Made by a program: the position numbers and the translations under genes. The notes under the pieces were generated by a model. The model saw only the letters and a list, made by a program, of their open reading frames with translations, was not told where the DNA came from and did not search any database. Below, piece after piece: positions 1 through 9,498 of a stretch of DNA of 64,000 nt (within the stretch, counting starts at the first letter, position 1; every line of letters begins with the position of its first letter). The stretch is from Promethearchaeota archaeon. Its GTDB lineage: Archaea > Asgardarchaeota > Lokiarchaeia > Sigyniarchaeales > SOKP01. The DNA is taken from NCBI GenBank assembly GCA_030603385.1, contig JAUVXW010000010.1, positions 34,737 to 98,736 of the forward strand, read 5' to 3'.

Positions 1-237
1 TCTTTTATTATTTTTATCGGGATTTTATATCAATTAATTAGATTAGATTATACTAAGGTTGTAGTTAATTAAACTAAAATTGTAATTAATTAAACAAATT
101 TGTTTATTTTCTTAAAAAAAACGTGTAGTTGATATAGTTCTTTTTAAAATAGGTTTTAGGTTAAATATAAAAAAAAAATTAAAAAAAAAATTTTAAAAAA
201 AAAAATTAAAAATTAAGAGAAAAGGAAGTAATATAAA

Positions 238-588
238 ATGAGTAATCAGAAAAATGTATTAGAGATATTGAAAGAGAATAAGGATGGTTTAACTATTCCC
301 GATTTAGATACTTTATATGAATCAAAATACGGAAGAAGGCTTGGACACAGCCTTTATAGTTATCTTCACCGATTAATGCATATAGAAGTAGTAGAGCAAT
401 TTATACCAAAAATAAGAACGGGGAAGCTTATTGGATATAAAGCCACCGAAAAAGCGTGGGAAGAGGAACGTAGAGAGGAAGCATTGGAGTTATTAGAAAT
501 ATTTAAAAATATGACAAACAGAGGAGCTATTAAGTATTATAAAGGTAAAATAACTCAAGATGAAATAGATAAATTAGAGGGATTTTAA
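238..588 (+). CDS. Putative winged helix-turn-helix DNA-binding protein
   Basis: N-terminal VLEILKENKDGLTIPDL...SLYSYLHRL...VVEQ...GYKATEK pattern resembles a wHTH plus wing. Confidence 0.5.
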   Translation: MSNQKNVLEILKENKDGLTIPDLDTLYESKYGRRLGHSLYSYLHRLMHIEVVEQFIPKIRTGKLIGYKATEKAWEEERREEALELLEIFKNMTNRGAIKYYKGKITQDEIDKLEGF

Positions 589-969
589 TTGAAACTGCAA
601 TTTGTAGAAGATGAACAAAATGAAGCCTCAGAGCCTCTAATACCAAAAGAAAAAAGCACCGATTTTAAGACTATTTCAGAGCCTAAAGAAATCTTATCAG
701 CTCACGATATTAAAGAATCACCAATCATTTCAAAACCGAATTTTGTCGGGCAAAATAATACAAAAACAAATCCAACTATTCCTAAAACTAATAATATATG
801 TCCTAAGTGTAATAAAAGAATTAAAATAACTCAAGATAAAAGTATGAACAAGGATGAAATAATTCAATGGTTTACTACATTCATCAATAGAAATAAAGAT
901 AATTTCACATTAGATTGGCTTAGAGGGCAAAAGCTAACATTTGAGAGCATTTATGAAATGAGAAAATAA
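589..969 (+). CDS. Hypothetical protein with a single CPKC motif
   Basis: 126-aa ORF with TTG start abutting the upstream stop; low-complexity N-terminus, ICPKCNK motif. Confidence 0.5.
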   Translation: MKLQFVEDEQNEASEPLIPKEKSTDFKTISEPKEILSAHDIKESPIISKPNFVGQNNTKTNPTIPKTNNICPKCNKRIKITQDKSMNKDEIIQWFTTFINRNKDNFTLDWLRGQKLTFESIYEMRK

Positions 970-1176
970 TAGTATAATTTTTTTTTACCAATCTAAGCCT
1001 AATCAGCAATAATGTGGATTCATAATAACTTTAAATGTGAGAGTTGTGAATTGTAATTTTTCTTTTAGCTCAATTGATAAATTTAAACTTTTAATGACAA
1101 ATAAGTATAAATATTAGTCTTAAATAATAGATTATCGACAAATAATAAAATTTAATAAATTTTTGATGAAACTAAA

Positions 1177-3075
1177 ATGAAATCAAGTGCAAATTCAAAA
1201 ATCATTATTTTAATCACTTTAGGAATCCTTTTCGCTTTCTCACCTATAATTACCACTAATCTTAGTTTAATAATGGGCAGTAGTACCAAAAGTTCGGACT
1301 ATAATAAAAATCTACAAATCTCAGCAGTATCGGGAAAAATTCATATCATGAATAATTCAGGATGGGCTGCTTTTAGAAGTGATGGAAATTGTACGGGCAA
1401 TGGTACTTATTCCGAACCTTATGTCATAGAAGATTTGGTAATAGATGGCGAAGGCTCGGGAAATTGTATCGAGATTGAAAATTCCGATGTGTTCTTTAAG
1501 ATTGAAAATTGCACCGTCTACAATTCAGGAGATTCACCTAATGCGGGAATTCGATTATCATATGTTAACAATTCCCAATTAATTAATAACAATTGTTCAT
1601 CTAATTATTATGGGATACGGTTATCTTCTAGTAAGTATAACAACATTTCGGGAAACACTGCAAGGAACAACACTTTTTGTGGAATACTGTTATCTTCTAG
1701 TAATTATAACAACATATCGGGAAATAACGCAAGTTTCAACACTTATCATGGGATATGGTTACATTATAGTCAATATAACGACATTTCGGGAAACACCGCA
1801 AATAACAACTATAGGAATGGGATATGGTTATTTGATAGTGATAATAACATCATTTCGGGAAATAACGCAAGCTACAACACCAATAATGGGATATGGTTAT
1901 CTTCTAGTAATTATAACAACATTTCGGGAAATAATGCAAGCTACAACACTTATCTTGGGATAGAGTTAACTTTTAGTAATTATAACGACATTTCGGGAAA
2001 TAACGCAAGTTACAACACTTATTTTGGGATATATTTAAGATCTAGTGATAATAATATCATCGTAATAAACACAATTAATAATAATTCGGTTGGTATTAAG
2101 CTATATCATTCTATGCACAATGAAGTCTTAAATAACAGTTTTAGCGGTAATGGAGAGGATATTCAAGAAGTTTCCAGTAATAGTAATGGAGATCAATTTC
2201 CTCTTGAAATTGCAATAATAATAGTAGTGATTCTCATTGTCATTACAATGTCCATAGCGGGGATGCTTATTACAAGAAGAAGATTGTCTAGGGATAAAGT
2301 TATTTCAGATGAAGAATCAGGAGCAATTGAGATCACCGATGAGGGAATAATAAGCCTTTTCTATAATTCTGTTACTTTGCTAATTATTGGATGTATATTA
2401 TCTCTGGTCTCATTTCTTCATCTTCGTGATCTAGTATATCCTATCTCCTATGTAGGAGTTATAATTGGTATCATTGGATTAGTAGGGATTATTGCATATA
2501 AACTCGACCCAGAAAAAATGAAAAAATATTATTATCTATCTCGTGCAATGCTTTGGATTGGATGGACATTATTCATTGTTTTCTATTTTGGTATTTATAT
2601 TTTTTTTTGGATTTTATATTTTATTCCAATCGTGATTGGCGTCATTGGATTATGTGGTCTATTACTGCTCATATTTAAACCAAAAAAGTATATCGAACTA
2701 AGGAAGAAACGGAAAAGGAAAGAAAAAATGGGAAGAAGAAATCTAAGCATTGGTTTTAGTTTGATTGGTGGATTATTGGGTATAATTATAGGAATCTTTT
2801 TAGGATTGTGGGGGTGGGGGCATCCTATGTTCTATTATATGGCAGTAATCAGTATGGTCGCCATAATTGGAGCGATTATTGAATCGATAAATCGAATTGT
2901 TGGAAGTATTATTTGCTTAATTTCAGGAATTACAATTTTAATTACTTTAAATATTTATATATTCCTTATTATAATAGCCCCTTTACCTCCCCTTTTAATC
3001 ATAGTTGGTGGCGTACTCGGTATTTTGGAAGGCATACTCGGTATTTTGGAAGCAAGAAAAGCAAAAAAAAGTTGA
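1177..3075 (+). CDS. Cell-surface right-handed parallel beta-helix (NosD/CASH-like) protein with multi-pass membrane C-terminus
   Basis: N-terminal hydrophobic segment, GNGTYSEPYVIEDLVIDG motif, 22-aa repeats GIxLxxSxxNxISGNNAxxN, then several TM helices. Confidence 0.85.
   Translation: MKSSANSKIIILITLGILFAFSPIITTNLSLIMGSSTKSSDYNKNLQISAVSGKIHIMNNSGWAAFRSDGNCTGNGTYSEPYVIEDLVIDGEGSGNCIEIENSDVFFKIENCTVYNSGDSPNAGIRLSYVNNSQLINNNCSSNYYGIRLSSSKYNNISGNTARNNTFCGILLSSSNYNNISGNNASFNTYHGIWLHYSQYNDISGNTANNNYRNGIWLFDSDNNIISGNNASYNTNNGIWLSSSNYNNISGNNASYNTYLGIELTFSNYNDISGNNASYNTYFGIYLRSSDNNIIVINTINNNSVGIKLYHSMHNEVLNNSFSGNGEDIQEVSSNSNGDQFPLEIAIIIVVILIVITMSIAGMLITRRRLSRDKVISDEESGAIEITDEGIISLFYNSVTLLIIGCILSLVSFLHLRDLVYPISYVGVIIGIIGLVGIIAYKLDPEKMKKYYYLSRAMLWIGWTLFIVFYFGIYIFFWILYFIPIVIGVIGLCGLLLLIFKPKKYIELRKKRKRKEKMGRRNLSIGFSLIGGLLGIIIGIFLGLWGWGHPMFYYMAVISMVAIIGAIIESINRIVGSIICLISGITILITLNIYIFLIIIAPLPPLLIIVGGVLGILEGILGILEARKAKKS
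1606..2045 (+). repeat. About 66-bp tandem coding repeats (PbH1 repeats), 6-7 copies
   Basis: Recurring (a/g)acatttcgggaaa(t/c)aa(c/t)gcaag at 66-nt spacing. Confidence 0.85.
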
Positions 3076-3312
3076 AAATAATTAAGAATTAAATCTATTT
3101 TTTCACCCGTCTCAACCTAATCAATAAAAATGTTAAATATTTATCATAACCATTATTTACATATTAGATTTTACCATTTTAGGGAAAATAATTATATCCA
3201 TTATTGCAATCATTATAAGTAAAAAGCTGAGGAAATCTTAATTACTGCTTAATTTACTTTTTTATTTCATTTTTTTAGAATATTTAGTTCTTAACCCTCT
3301 TTATTACTATTT

Positions 3313-3516
3313 TTAAGTATCCAAATCTAAAAGAAGTTCCTCTGCGAACTCTTCTAACCATTCTAATTGTCCTTTTCCTTTTTTACTTAGATTATATTCA
3401 AAGGGGTGTTTATAGGGACTATATTTCCGTCTTATTAATCCATTTTTGCGATAGTGTCGAATAGAACTATTTACAATTTTAATGTCTATATTGCTTCTAC
3501 AAAGGATTGTTACTAA
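3313..3516 (-). pseudogene. Start-less remnant of a winged-helix regulator
   Basis: Minus frame reads ...IKIVNSSIRHYRKNGLIRRKYSPYKHPFEYNLSKKGKGQLEWLEEFAEELLLDLDT* (recognition helix plus wing); no ATG/GTG/TTG near its 5' end, in-frame TGA and TAA just upstream. Confidence 0.45.
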
Positions 3517-3648
3517 TCAATAAGGTATATGGTTTTATAAAATTAACTAAGAAAACTCTAAATATATACTACAATTGAGTATAATGAATTATAATATTAA
3601 AAGCATAAAAAATTAATAATATTTTTAATTATATTACAGAGTGATTTA

Positions 3649-3963
3649 ATGATGAGTGAAGATGAAAGTAAAACAATTACTATAAATGTCAAGGATTTAA
3701 GTTTTAAAAGCGATCAACACGTAGAGGATTTGGTAAGATTTTTAGCAGAAGCACTTCCAAAAATCAACCTCAACCGTGATGGGAATGAGATTACAATCTC
3801 AATGCCAGTAAAATTGTCTAAAAGAGCTTTAAAGCTTAGAATTAAAAAATTCTTATATAAAAAGGGATTAAATAATGATTTCAGACCAATTTCATTAAAA
3901 TTAAGTGATAAAGAAGGATATACAGTAAAGGAAAAGAAAATTATTGAGTTAAGCTATTACTAA
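3649..3963 (+). CDS. rpl22e: Ribosomal protein L22e (eL22)
   Basis: ITISMPVKLSKRALKLRIKKFLYKKGLNNDFRPIS matches the eL22 pattern [34 protein letters not shown]. Confidence 0.85.
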   Translation: MMSEDESKTITINVKDLSFKSDQHVEDLVRFLAEALPKINLNRDGNEITISMPVKLSKRALKLRIKKFLYKKGLNNDFRPISLKLSDKEGYTVKEKKIIELSYY

Positions 3964-4013
3964 TTCTTCTTCTTACTAAATATTATTATATAAAATAATA
4001 ATTATATTTAGTT

Positions 4014-4988
4014 GTGTCTGTGAAAAAGACCAACCTCATATTATCCCTCGAATCAATAGATGACTTGATGAGATGTATTAATTTAGCAAGTTTGTTGGAG
4101 GTAGCGGGTTGGCCTAAACCAGGGAATGTACATCGAACCAAAGACTTTGATAATACGAGATTTGAACATTTCTTAGGGGGAATAGCTGCTATTCAACCAA
4201 CTTTTAGAAAATTTTGCGAAAAAATATTTCAATTATCATTTAACGATGATAAAAACTATAGATTTATAGAATTAGGGTTTTTCTTTAATGACGCTGCAGA
4301 ACAGATGATAAAATGGCAAAGTGGAGGAAATGTTTTGCTTGGACACATTTTAATATTAGCGCCTCTTACTGCTGCGGCTATAATATGTCTAAAAACTAAT
4401 AAAAATAATTTTTCCGATTTTAAATATTATTTAAATAAAATTATTGATGAAACCACGGTAGATGATACAATTCATCTCTACAAAGCTATAAGAATATCTA
4501 ATCCTGGAAGTTTAGGAAAGATCAAGAAGTATGATATCAATGATGAAAATTCACTTAGAGATATTAGTGTAGACAAAATAAACTTAAAAAAAATTTTTGA
4601 CCTATCCAAAGAATATGATTTAATTAGCTCTGAATATTCAACAGGATTCAGTATTATATTAAACGAGGGATTACCTTACTTACTTAAAACTTTTAATCGA
4701 TTTGGTGATCCAAATATAGCAACTGTAAATACTTTCTTAAAAATTCTTTCAGAGCATCCAGATACACTCATAATAAGAAAATCAGGAATAGAATATGCAC
4801 TTTATGTATCAAACTCTGCATCTAAAATATTACAAAATGGAGGAATTTCATCTGAAGAGGGTTTAGAACTAACTATTAAATTAGATAGAGAGCTACAAGA
4901 GAAAAAAGGGAAATCAAATCCAGGTACTACTGCAGATCTTATTGCGGGAGTTATTTTTTGTGCATTGATCTTTGGACTAAGGTTATAG
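4014..4988 (+). CDS. citG: Triphosphoribosyl-dephospho-CoA synthase (CitG family, archaeal type)
   Basis: LLEVAGWPKPGNVHR, DTLIIRKSG and NPGTTADL motifs. Confidence 0.85.
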   Translation: MSVKKTNLILSLESIDDLMRCINLASLLEVAGWPKPGNVHRTKDFDNTRFEHFLGGIAAIQPTFRKFCEKIFQLSFNDDKNYRFIELGFFFNDAAEQMIKWQSGGNVLLGHILILAPLTAAAIICLKTNKNNFSDFKYYLNKIIDETTVDDTIHLYKAIRISNPGSLGKIKKYDINDENSLRDISVDKINLKKIFDLSKEYDLISSEYSTGFSIILNEGLPYLLKTFNRFGDPNIATVNTFLKILSEHPDTLIIRKSGIEYALYVSNSASKILQNGGISSEEGLELTIKLDRELQEKKGKSNPGTTADLIAGVIFCALIFGLRL

Positions 4989-5062
4989 ATTCAAAAAAAT
5001 TATTTGGTAGAATTAATTTATTTTATCTAGTTCTAAATCATATCTAGAAGGATCAAGACTTA

Positions 5063-5410
5063 ATGGAATTCTGTGAATGTGGAGGCATGATGCTCCCATC
5101 TACTGTAAACGGAAAAAAAGTATTTAAGTGTAAATGCGGAGCAATAAAAGATTTTTCTGAAGAAAAGTCGGGAGCATATAAATTAACTAAGAAAATTGAA
5201 CACCCTGTCAGAAATGAGGTTATTAGCTTAACTGAAATTATGAATTGGAAAGAAGAATATTTAAGAAGTACTATTAAGGATTTTAAATGTCCTAGTTGCG
5301 GATATACAAAAGCACATCTGGAAACAAGGCAGACACGGAGTGCTGATGAAGGAATGACTCATTTTATAGTCTGTCTAAAATGTGGTCGCCATATAAAAAT
5401 AGGGAGTTAG
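5063..5410 (+). CDS. tfs: Transcription factor S (TFS; RPB9/TFIIS family)
   Basis: Two Zn ribbons; C-terminal CPSCG...QTRSADEGMTHFIVCLKCG with the catalytic DE. Confidence 0.9.
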   Translation: MEFCECGGMMLPSTVNGKKVFKCKCGAIKDFSEEKSGAYKLTKKIEHPVRNEVISLTEIMNWKEEYLRSTIKDFKCPSCGYTKAHLETRQTRSADEGMTHFIVCLKCGRHIKIGS

Positions 5411-5422
5411 TATTAAAGACTC

Positions 5423-5719
5423 TCAATCAAATAACTTGTTAATTAGTAATTGCTTTTTCTGTTTTTCTAGAAAATTTAATTTTACAGTCTTATTTGTACT
5501 TTTCAATCCTGATACTATCTTAATTTGATTTAACGTGATTTCTAGCTTAGTCTTTAGTAAATTTATTAGTTCTTTATTTGCTTTATTTTTAATTGCCTTA
5601 GATCTAATATAAACCGTAAGATATTTATCATTTTCAATTAAATCTTGCCTTTTCGAATTTGGTTTAACATTGATGCGGAGAATGAAAGTATGATCATCCA
5701 TTTTTTCGAGGAATCTCAT
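5423..5719 (-). CDS. DUF167/YggU family protein
   Basis: INVKPNSK...NKANKELINLL...IVSGLKSTNKTV. Confidence 0.85.
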   Translation of the reverse strand: MRFLEKMDDHTFILRINVKPNSKRQDLIENDKYLTVYIRSKAIKNKANKELINLLKTKLEITLNQIKIVSGLKSTNKTVKLNFLEKQKKQLLINKLFD

Positions 5720-5753
5720 TATTTATTAAACAGAATAAATTTTTATATAAATA

Positions 5754-7133
5754 TTAAATAAACTCATCAATTCTAGTTTTTAGTCGATTATAAGAAGGTT
5801 TTGATAACCTAATACCCCCAGCAAGCTTATGTCCCCCGCCTACACCTCCTAATTCATTTTTTATTCTAGAAATGATTTTGTTTACCCCATTTTCATTATT
5901 ATTTTCAAGATATTTTCTTGAACATCGAATACTTAATTTAATTGTCCCAGATTTCATTTCTAAACCACCTAGAAATAAAATTTTATTAGGATTAACAAGT
6001 TCATTAACTGCACTGAAACTAGCTGTATCTGACCAGTTGCTAGGAGGTATTTTTCCTTTTACTTCTATAAAAATTGCTTTTTCTGTTTCAGAAGTAGGTA
6101 ATTCGTTAGAAACAGTTTTCAAATTATTTACCAGATTATTTATATAATTCATATATAAATTCTTGGCGTAACGAGTAATTGTTTTTAATTGTGTAATTGA
6201 TATAGCTGCGCTAATATTTTTAAAACATAAGATATTCAATAACAGTGCGTGTTCAAATGCAAATTTTAGCAATCCTGCTTTGTGTGGTAACAATGCATAA
6301 TGACCATAGCTACCTATATTCACTTTTTGTTGAATTGCGTAAATTTCATCCTTATTTAGATCAACAACTTTAGTCGTTGGATCTATTTGTATTGAGTTTA
6401 GAACAGATTTAATTTTGTTGTCAGATTCACCCCCAATTCCATTAATATAAGGTAAAATACTGTATTTTAAACTGTTTTTGATGGATTCATGCATATTTCC
6501 AAATAATGTAAGCCCTTCTTTATCCTCAACAAGTTCTTCGCTTATTAGTTCTTCGTATACTTCTCGATTAAATGATTGAAGTTTATCCATTGACTTTAAA
6601 GAATCTCCAGCAATTCCTATTATTGTGAGCCATCCCTGCTTTATTATCGAGGGTTTTATTTGTTTAGCGAACATATAAGCAAGAGTTGCTCCAGAGATAT
6701 GTTCAAGACCATCATAACCATGAATTGTAGGATTTACAAAAAACAAGTTTTCAGGTATATCACTAATTCTGATGTCATCTTCCACTTCATGATGATCAAG
6801 AATATAAAAATGTTCTTTTCTATTTCTTATAATAGGAATTAATTCTGCTAAATTAGAACCTAGATCAGTAAAAATAAATGCAGTTTTTTCACTTTGCCTT
6901 TTAGATAAAATTCCTTTTAAATAATTTTCCCAAGAAACAGATCTATTATATATAAAGTAATCATAATCTATTTTTAGTTGATGTAATAAATTCTGGATAA
7001 TATGTAAGCTACTAATACCATCAGCATCATTATGAGAAATGGCTATAATTTTTGGATATGAATGATCAACAAAATGATCTACGGCATTATTAAAATCTTC
7101 CAAAAATTTTGCTTTATCTGGTTTCTTGGTCAT
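5754..7133 (-). CDS. DHH-family phosphoesterase, RecJ/Cdc45(GAN)-like
   Basis: SHNDADG, FTDLG, LDHH and C-terminal GGGHKLAGG (DHHA1) motifs. Confidence 0.85.
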   Translation of the reverse strand: MTKKPDKAKFLEDFNNAVDHFVDHSYPKIIAISHNDADGISSLHIIQNLLHQLKIDYDYFIYNRSVSWENYLKGILSKRQSEKTAFIFTDLGSNLAELIPIIRNRKEHFYILDHHEVEDDIRISDIPENLFFVNPTIHGYDGLEHISGATLAYMFAKQIKPSIIKQGWLTIIGIAGDSLKSMDKLQSFNREVYEELISEELVEDKEGLTLFGNMHESIKNSLKYSILPYINGIGGESDNKIKSVLNSIQIDPTTKVVDLNKDEIYAIQQKVNIGSYGHYALLPHKAGLLKFAFEHALLLNILCFKNISAAISITQLKTITRYAKNLYMNYINNLVNNLKTVSNELPTSETEKAIFIEVKGKIPPSNWSDTASFSAVNELVNPNKILFLGGLEMKSGTIKLSIRCSRKYLENNNENGVNKIISRIKNELGGVGGGHKLAGGIRLSKPSYNRLKTRIDEFI

Positions 7134-7431
7134 TTATATCAATTAATTATTAAAATACAAGAAGTTTTAAAATATTTACTTATCATTAAGTAAATTATTA
7201 GATAATCATAAATCAAAAAATCCTAAATTATGAATGTTCTATTAGATAAATCTTCTATATTTTTATTTTGAGCAAATTCTGATAAATTTCAAATAAATTC
7301 TACAATTATAAATATTCCGATTTGATTTTTGCTTTTTACTAGAAATCAAGGTAAAAATTAAAATCTAAGGAAAAATTTTTTAATTCATTTTAAATTTCTG
7401 TCTTTAAGGTTTCACAAATAAAAGCACAATC

Positions 7432-9129
7432 ATGTCTAATAAAACTCGGAATAATACCATATTCTCTAAAAAGACTTTTCTTCTTATTTTGATGATTATG
7501 GCAATCTTTATTCCTGTAGTATTTACAAATTTTAAAATTTTTCCCAACTTCAGTTTAAATAAGAATTATCTTCAAGAAAATGACCTTAATATGAATGAAT
7601 TTACGAAAGACAATTACACTGAAATACTAACAACAGCTAAACATGGATTAGGTAATATAACAATAGATGACATTAGTTTTAACTTTATTTTTCCAGGTTT
7701 TGTTAATGAAAATATTTATCATCCACTCGTTACCGAAGATCATATCAAGGGAGCTATAAGTATAGATGTAACACACATGGAGTTTATTGAAACTACAAGT
7801 CCAGCCTTAATAGACAATTTAAATAGTGAAACTGGTGATAGCGTTCTTGCCACTTACAAATTAAATGAAACTATACAAGTAAATTATAATAAATCAGAAG
7901 CAAGATATTTAATCTATCATTCTCGTTTTACAGACACAAAGTTATTAGAATTTTATGTCAATAATGGCACTATAATAACTGAGTTAACAGAAGGAGTTGA
8001 CTATACCTTAGATGATCAAAATTTTCTGGTATTTTATTATGAGGATTACTTCCAAGAAGGTCGCACTTTTAATTTTACTATGTACCTCATATGGGAACAT
8101 CTATTAGTTTTTGGAGATTGGGAGATTGAACAAATGGAAGATCAGGTTTTAGAGATTAGTGAAGTAGAGCAAGAACTTACACCAGAATTCAATTATAATT
8201 TCTTTCTAATCGCGAGGGCATATGATCAGGATTTAGATGAGGTATTACCGATTTCTTTTTGGGATGTTGCTTTAACGGTTAACCCATTAGATAAGGAGGA
8301 ATTCAATAACCATAAATTAATGTTAAATGGAATTGAGGTGAATATTGGTGAACATTTAAATCCTGATAAGTCATTAAAAATAAAACTTTCTGATCATTTT
8401 ACTCCAGATACAAACACTTTTTCACTAAATTTTACTAGTTCCTATTTGATAAGATTTGAAGAACCCGTTGGAAATTTATGGGCTATCGACAGGCTTGTAT
8501 CTCAGCGAGAAATAAGAGAAAGAATTTATTTTTGTAATTTAATATCAGGACCAAGGCATATCTACTTAGAAAATGTATTATTTTATGAACCGGGTATTTA
8601 TTTTGAAGAAGTGATAAATACATACTCATTGTTCAATAGAGATGTGTTATTTGTTGATGCTAATAATTCCATTTCTAATCAACTGGGCCTGAACGTAACT
8701 ATACCTTATTTATTTGTAGGAGAAACTTGTCCTTTTTCAATTGAATATTTCACATTTCAGAAGTTGAAAATTGTTATTACTGATAATATTAAAATGCCTT
8801 TAGTAGGAGTAAAAATCGAAGTCTTTTATTTTGGAGCGATCTATGGGACATATATTTCGAATAAAACTATTCAACCAATTATTCCACTTAAATCGGATGA
8901 AAATGGGCAAATTGTATTATATAATGTTCCTCGAGGAAATTATACAATAAGAGTATATTGGGAAGGAAGATTTGTAAAAAAGGCTTCCATTTCGACATTC
9001 AACGAGATTAACTATGTGAATACTAGTATTGTTCACTCTCCCCTCTGGATAATAATCTTTGGAGGAATAAACGGGATTATTCTAATTTTAGGTGCTATAA
9101 TTTATCTAAAATATAAAAAATTACGATAA
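7432..9129 (+). CDS. Membrane-anchored extracellular protein with C-terminal carboxypeptidase-regulatory-like beta domain
   Basis: N-terminal and C-terminal TM helices, many NxS/T sequons, SDENGQIVLYNVPRGNYTIRV motif. Confidence 0.65.
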   Translation: MSNKTRNNTIFSKKTFLLILMIMAIFIPVVFTNFKIFPNFSLNKNYLQENDLNMNEFTKDNYTEILTTAKHGLGNITIDDISFNFIFPGFVNENIYHPLVTEDHIKGAISIDVTHMEFIETTSPALIDNLNSETGDSVLATYKLNETIQVNYNKSEARYLIYHSRFTDTKLLEFYVNNGTIITELTEGVDYTLDDQNFLVFYYEDYFQEGRTFNFTMYLIWEHLLVFGDWEIEQMEDQVLEISEVEQELTPEFNYNFFLIARAYDQDLDEVLPISFWDVALTVNPLDKEEFNNHKLMLNGIEVNIGEHLNPDKSLKIKLSDHFTPDTNTFSLNFTSSYLIRFEEPVGNLWAIDRLVSQREIRERIYFCNLISGPRHIYLENVLFYEPGIYFEEVINTYSLFNRDVLFVDANNSISNQLGLNVTIPYLFVGETCPFSIEYFTFQKLKIVITDNIKMPLVGVKIEVFYFGAIYGTYISNKTIQPIIPLKSDENGQIVLYNVPRGNYTIRVYWEGRFVKKASISTFNEINYVNTSIVHSPLWIIIFGGINGIILILGAIIYLKYKKLR

Positions 9130-9135
9130 TTAATT

Positions 9136-9462
9136 TTGATCGTTATTTTCTGTGATAATATTGACGATTTTATTGGTTTTTTGGAAAAACGTGTAATGGG
9201 TGAAATATTTTACGAATTTAAAGAAATTACTAGTAATAGCTTATCCAGTAAAGTAGATATAGAAATTGTACTCCACTTTTTAGCTAAAATCGAAGGTACT
9301 ATGGCCCTGTATGAAACAAAGCAAAATATTACAAAATCAAGCAATTCTGATATCGATAAAGAGGTTGTAAAAACTTTAGAGAAAATATTTAGTAGTGTTG
9401 ATCAATCATTAAGTCTAATCAAGGGAAAAATACGCGAAATTTTTCTTTCCTATTCATCATAG
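9136..9462 (+). CDS. Hypothetical protein
   Basis: 108-aa ORF, TTG start 6 nt after the upstream stop. Confidence 0.6.
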   Translation: MIVIFCDNIDDFIGFLEKRVMGEIFYEFKEITSNSLSSKVDIEIVLHFLAKIEGTMALYETKQNITKSSNSDIDKEVVKTLEKIFSSVDQSLSLIKGKIREIFLSYSS

Positions 9463-9498
9463 ACTAGTTCTATATGGATTTTGTATGGTTAAACTCAT

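Noticed and set aside
1-237. Very AT-rich tract with poly-A runs as a possible origin or element end
   Set aside because: No ORB-like repeats, no adjacent cdc6/orc1 and no terminal inverted repeat visible.
546-837. Exact 16-bp repeat TAAAATAACTCAAGAT at 546-561 and 822-837
   Set aside because: Only two copies, AT-rich, both inside coding sequence; no array or element structure to support a call.
1610-1963. Overlapping repetitive 117-aa ORF, and a possible diversity-generating retroelement given the AAC-rich repeats
   Set aside because: Alternate-frame shadow of the 66-bp repeats; no reverse transcriptase or TR/VR pair in the window.
3313-3540. In-frame TGA upstream of the wHTH fragment as possible selenocysteine
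   Set aside because: A TAA lies six codons further upstream with no start in between, it is not a redox motif, and no SECIS-like hairpin was recognised.
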